From NCBI GenBank assembly GCA_029858305.1, contig JAOUFI010000079.1, positions 1 through 10,239 of the forward strand: a DNA stretch of 10,239 nt, given 5' to 3'. Below are positions 7,241-10,239 of the stretch, piece after piece. The stretch comes from Candidatus Thorarchaeota archaeon. Lineage in GTDB: Archaea > Asgardarchaeota > Thorarchaeia > Thorarchaeales > Thorarchaeaceae. The notes below the pieces were generated by a model. The model was not told where the DNA came from and did not search any database. It saw only the letters and a list, made by a program, of their open reading frames with translations. Both the position numbers and the translations under genes were made by a program. Numbering within the stretch: position 1 is the first letter of the stretch; the number at the start of each line of letters is the position of its first letter.

Positions 7241-7789
7241 TTACTTTCCTCCTCCCACTAGTGCTAATATTTCATCGAGGATTTCGTGATACTGCTTTTC
7301 TTTCATGTTAGGGAATGACCAATTCGCGTGCGGCTGATAGTATCGCCCCAACGCTATGGCAGTGAGGTGCGTGCCAAAATTCATCACAGCGGAGAGCAGA
7401 GTCCACTGCATGTAGTAGGGAATTCCATAGATTAGAATCATATCATGAGGTCCTTTTCCATGTGGCCCCTTCCAATCGGGATCTTGGAGTCGACTGGCTA
7501 ATTCCATCGCTCCCATCGATTTCGCACCCTCAAAGCCTTTCTCAATAAATGCTTTAATTGCGCCTCCGGTTGCAACGACGGGTATATTCCCTGCTTTAGA
7601 AATTGCAATGGCGTAGTCTACCATGTCCCCTTTTCCGTGCTTCTCATCAATAGCTTGAGAGCCCACAATCAAAAGTGGTTTCTTGGCTTTTCCGAGGTCT
7701 CTCTTCAGTACATCTGACTTTGTAAGTGATTTTGCACTCTCAGGTCCGCAGATTTCTCCCGTCTGCCAGGGTACAGGTCGCATAACCAT
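7241..7789 (-). CDS. cdhB: ACDS epsilon subunit, 182 aa
   Basis: AKKPLLIVGS, IPVVATG, LQDPDWKGxxGKGxxD, GIPYY and YYQPHANWSFPN. It sits between cdhA and cdhC. Start reassigned to ATG 7789, which has a TAATG overlap with the cdhA stop and GGAGGTGG upstream; ATG 7783 is an alternative. Confidence 0.93.
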   Translation of the reverse strand: MVMRPVPWQTGEICGPESAKSLTKSDVLKRDLGKAKKPLLIVGSQAIDEKHGKGDMVDYAIAISKAGNIPVVATGGAIKAFIEKGFEGAKSMGAMELASRLQDPDWKGPHGKGPHDMILIYGIPYYMQWTLLSAVMNFGTHLTAIALGRYYQPHANWSFPNMKEKQYHEILDEILALVGGGK

Positions 7790-10131
7790 TATTTTCCACC
7801 TCCAATAATCTGCTCCTTTAAGAGGGTAGGATCGGGAATTCTCCTTTCCTTCCACTTATTCTCCTTCATCTGAGCTAGAATCTTATCCTTCAGAGTGATT
7901 GGTATATCTGTGTCACGTCTGATATACTTCCATACGTCTTCAGGGAAAAATCCATAGCTCTTCTCATGAATGTCAATATAGTGACTTAATTTGATGGAGC
8001 GTCCCTTCCCTGTATCGTTAGGACGAAGAACAAGTTTAGCAGTCATGACATTTGCTTCGGCTACAGTTTCCGCAGCATAGAAAAGATGCTCTGGCCCTGG
8101 CGCAGTCACAACTCGGTCACCAGTTCGTGCATCATAGACAGTCCAGGCTCTTTCATCGTCAGGATTGCCAAGCAACATTCTTCTATATTTAGAACCATGC
8201 GGCCCAACAATTACAGGAACACCAAGTCTCCAGAATCCTGCCGCTATAGACGCCGCTTTCTGTGACATAGCTCCCCATGATATTCCTACAGCTCCGACGC
8301 GGTTGTGAATATAATCAGCAATCTCCACATAGTTGCCTCGGAGGTTTCTCTTAGCAAAGATAGCAGCGATTTTGATTGCCGCTCCTGCTATATGTGAGTT
8401 AGCAACGCAGGAACCTACATTGACAACACATCCAGCATCGAACTCACCACTTCGACGTTCATAGATTGTTTGACCATTTTCATCTCTCACATGACCTGCA
8501 GATACTGCCGCGCATCCTGATGTCACGATGATGTATCGCCGTTTGGCAAACTCTTCAGCCATATCGTGCACATCTTGTCCACCACCTGGATAATTTGCGC
8601 AGCCAACATGGGCTATGACACCAGGAATCTCACCAAATACAATTGGTTGTCCAACATTTCGGATTTCTGTGTCCTGAATAGCTCCCCTACCTGTTCTAAC
8701 CATGTATCTTTCATCCTTGCACTCAGCTTCACCAATGGCTGCCATCCAGCTGTGAAGAGCGTAATCATTTGGACATGCAGATTCGCAACGTGCGCATCCA
8801 ATGCAATTCTTATAGACAGCGTGAAGCAGTTCGAAATTACCTGTCTGTGCAGCTAAGACCGCTTCCATCACGTTCTGGTCATTAGGACATGCTCTAATGC
8901 ATTCGCTACACTTTGTGCATTCTAATGCCATCTTCTGAATTTGCTTCTTGGTCGGGAAGAACTTCATTTTTCGTCGCCTTGGTTTGATAGCTAATGCTAC
9001 CTTGACTGCGACTTCTCCGACCTTATGATGATCTGGAATATAGGCGCCATCAATCTTGCCTGATAGGAGTTCTTCAACAATGGAGTCAACATCATCATCA
9101 GATCTATCTGGAAGTCCCATCACAGCTTTGTCACTGGTTGAAATAACAGGCGCTTTCACTTTCTTTGCTTCGCTTACAACATCGGTTCGAACGCACTGCT
9201 CATCAACCACAATGACATCAGCTTTTCCACTTCTGATGAATCTAAGTTGCCAAGAGATTGGACCAACTACTTTTGCTTTTGGATCCCTACGTGTGATATC
9301 CCAAGCTGTACAGCACATACCACCTACTTCTACTTCTTCGCCAACACGTTTCTCGGTGATGTAGTCGGTGATTGAAGCTGCTGGAATAATATTATGACCT
9401 ATAGTCAGGATGATAGCTTTGTTTGTGTCCATCATGCCAATTCCAGATTCAACAAGTGGTGCCTCTGGGTCTGCTTGTGGAAAACCAAGGGTCGAAACTT
9501 GAGCAAGGTCTGCGATTTCCATACTTAACTGATCTACCATCCCAACATGAAACACCTTGCTTTCAAAATCCATCCAGCTACCTTCTTGTCCGGTGTTTGT
9601 CGCTGAGAGGGTGTGAGTTAGTTGGCTCTCGCAGTAATCAAGGATTATGCTTGCATCCTCAAGAGTTCTTGGCCGCATGCCTGTAATCAGTCGCGTTACA
9701 GGAGCATGTATCTCTGTACCAGGACCCTGAATGAGTGCAGTGCGCGGTCCATATTCATCAATCAAGTAGTCTATCAAATGCCTTGAATGTGCAAGATGCG
9801 CGGAACATCCTAGATTGGCTGCTGCTAATACGATTCTAGCTTGCTGGCCTTTCATATCAATTCCGCATGCACCCCGTTTGTCACCTGTTAGGTCACATTT
9901 ACCAAAGGTGCACAGGCAACACACCTGACAATATGGCATGTAAGATGGTTGATATTTCGTTAAGAGTTTATGATCCCAAGCGCGGAGTTTCGTTGGATTC
10001 GGCATTGGCGTTGGTCCCATGGGCTCGTCCCACTCATCATCAACAATCTGACCAATTCGAACCTCAAGTCCCTTGAAAACGCCAAGCCCTGTCTTGGCTT
10101 CATCCGCCTTGAAGTACGCTTTCTTCTTCAT
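7789..10131 (-). CDS. cdhA: ACDS alpha subunit (archaeal Ni-CO dehydrogenase), 780 aa
   Basis: B/D-cluster region CQVCCLCTFGKC...GACG and AHLAHSRH. C-cluster ligand motifs GHN, GMCCT, DEQC, VGCAN, SGCAA and GSCVANSH are all present. It also has the archaeal-specific 2x[4Fe-4S] insert CTKCSECIRACP / CIGCARCESACP. Confidence 0.98.
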   Translation of the reverse strand: MKKKAYFKADEAKTGLGVFKGLEVRIGQIVDDEWDEPMGPTPMPNPTKLRAWDHKLLTKYQPSYMPYCQVCCLCTFGKCDLTGDKRGACGIDMKGQQARIVLAAANLGCSAHLAHSRHLIDYLIDEYGPRTALIQGPGTEIHAPVTRLITGMRPRTLEDASIILDYCESQLTHTLSATNTGQEGSWMDFESKVFHVGMVDQLSMEIADLAQVSTLGFPQADPEAPLVESGIGMMDTNKAIILTIGHNIIPAASITDYITEKRVGEEVEVGGMCCTAWDITRRDPKAKVVGPISWQLRFIRSGKADVIVVDEQCVRTDVVSEAKKVKAPVISTSDKAVMGLPDRSDDDVDSIVEELLSGKIDGAYIPDHHKVGEVAVKVALAIKPRRRKMKFFPTKKQIQKMALECTKCSECIRACPNDQNVMEAVLAAQTGNFELLHAVYKNCIGCARCESACPNDYALHSWMAAIGEAECKDERYMVRTGRGAIQDTEIRNVGQPIVFGEIPGVIAHVGCANYPGGGQDVHDMAEEFAKRRYIIVTSGCAAVSAGHVRDENGQTIYERRSGEFDAGCVVNVGSCVANSHIAGAAIKIAAIFAKRNLRGNYVEIADYIHNRVGAVGISWGAMSQKAASIAAGFWRLGVPVIVGPHGSKYRRMLLGNPDDERAWTVYDARTGDRVVTAPGPEHLFYAAETVAEANVMTAKLVLRPNDTGKGRSIKLSHYIDIHEKSYGFFPEDVWKYIRRDTDIPITLKDKILAQMKENKWKERRIPDPTLLKEQIIGGGK

Positions 10132-10175
10132 GGTTGCACAGTTCCTGAACGTATTATTTTCCGCTTAACATTGCA

Positions 10176-10192
10176 CCTAAATAAGGTTGTGA
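10176..10192 (-). promoter_or_regulatory. Candidate TATA-like element upstream of cdhA
   Basis: Minus strand CACAACCTTATTTAGG lies about 46-60 nt upstream of the ATG in an AT-rich non-coding stretch. Pattern only; other AT-rich candidates exist nearby. Confidence 0.25.
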
Positions 10193-10239
10193 ACCAGTCA
10201 AACTCTACTCAAAAAATAACCGTTTTCAATCGTTAACTG

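Noticed and set aside
7790-7855. 22-aa N-terminal extension of CdhB in the ORF track
   Set aside because: It overlaps cdhA. ATG 7789 has GGAGGTGG upstream and TAATG coupling.
428-10236. Numerous short plus-strand ORFs and the minus-strand ORF 8613..8801
   Set aside because: All lie wholly or largely over well-conserved genes and show no family motifs, so they are treated as shadow ORFs.
10132-10239. Short repeats upstream of cdhA (TTGCAC twice, GGTT-GTG-AACC) as an operator or riboswitch
   Set aside because: Too short to distinguish from chance, with no extended structure, and the region is cut by the window edge.
1-10239. Calling the host a methanogen or naming a specific taxon
   Set aside because: No mcr, mtr or marker genes are in the window, and cdh plus mtd also occur in non-methanogenic archaea.
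1-10239. CRISPR arrays, tRNA/rRNA genes, IS elements, pseudogenes
   Set aside because: Internal intergenic gaps are at most 114 nt, with no periodic repeats, cloverleafs or transposase motifs. All reading frames and metal-ligand motifs appear intact.

Overview
A densely coding archaeal window with every real gene on the minus strand. In transcription order (right to left) it holds a complete archaeal acetyl-CoA decarbonylase/synthase (ACDS, CODH/ACS) cluster cdhA-cdhB-cdhC-cdhD-cdhE, then an AcsF/CooC-type nickel-insertion ATPase, then a 629-aa fusion of a family I CoA-transferase (acetyl-CoA hydrolase/transferase) domain with a Pat-like GNAT acetyltransferase domain, and finally the 5' part of F420-dependent methylene-H4MPT dehydrogenase (mtd). 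The mtd gene runs off the left edge and is missing from the supplied ORF track. This is an H4MPT-type Wood-Ljungdahl locus. The host could be a non-methanogenic anaerobic archaeon such as an Asgard or Bathyarchaeia member, but that is inference only. The most interesting element is the CoA-transferase/GNAT fusion sitting between the carbonyl-branch and methyl-branch genes. It may link acetyl-CoA/acetate handling to lysine acetylation of the pathway. I saw no mobile elements, CRISPR arrays, RNA genes or long repeats. All family assignments come from motif recognition by eye, not database searches.
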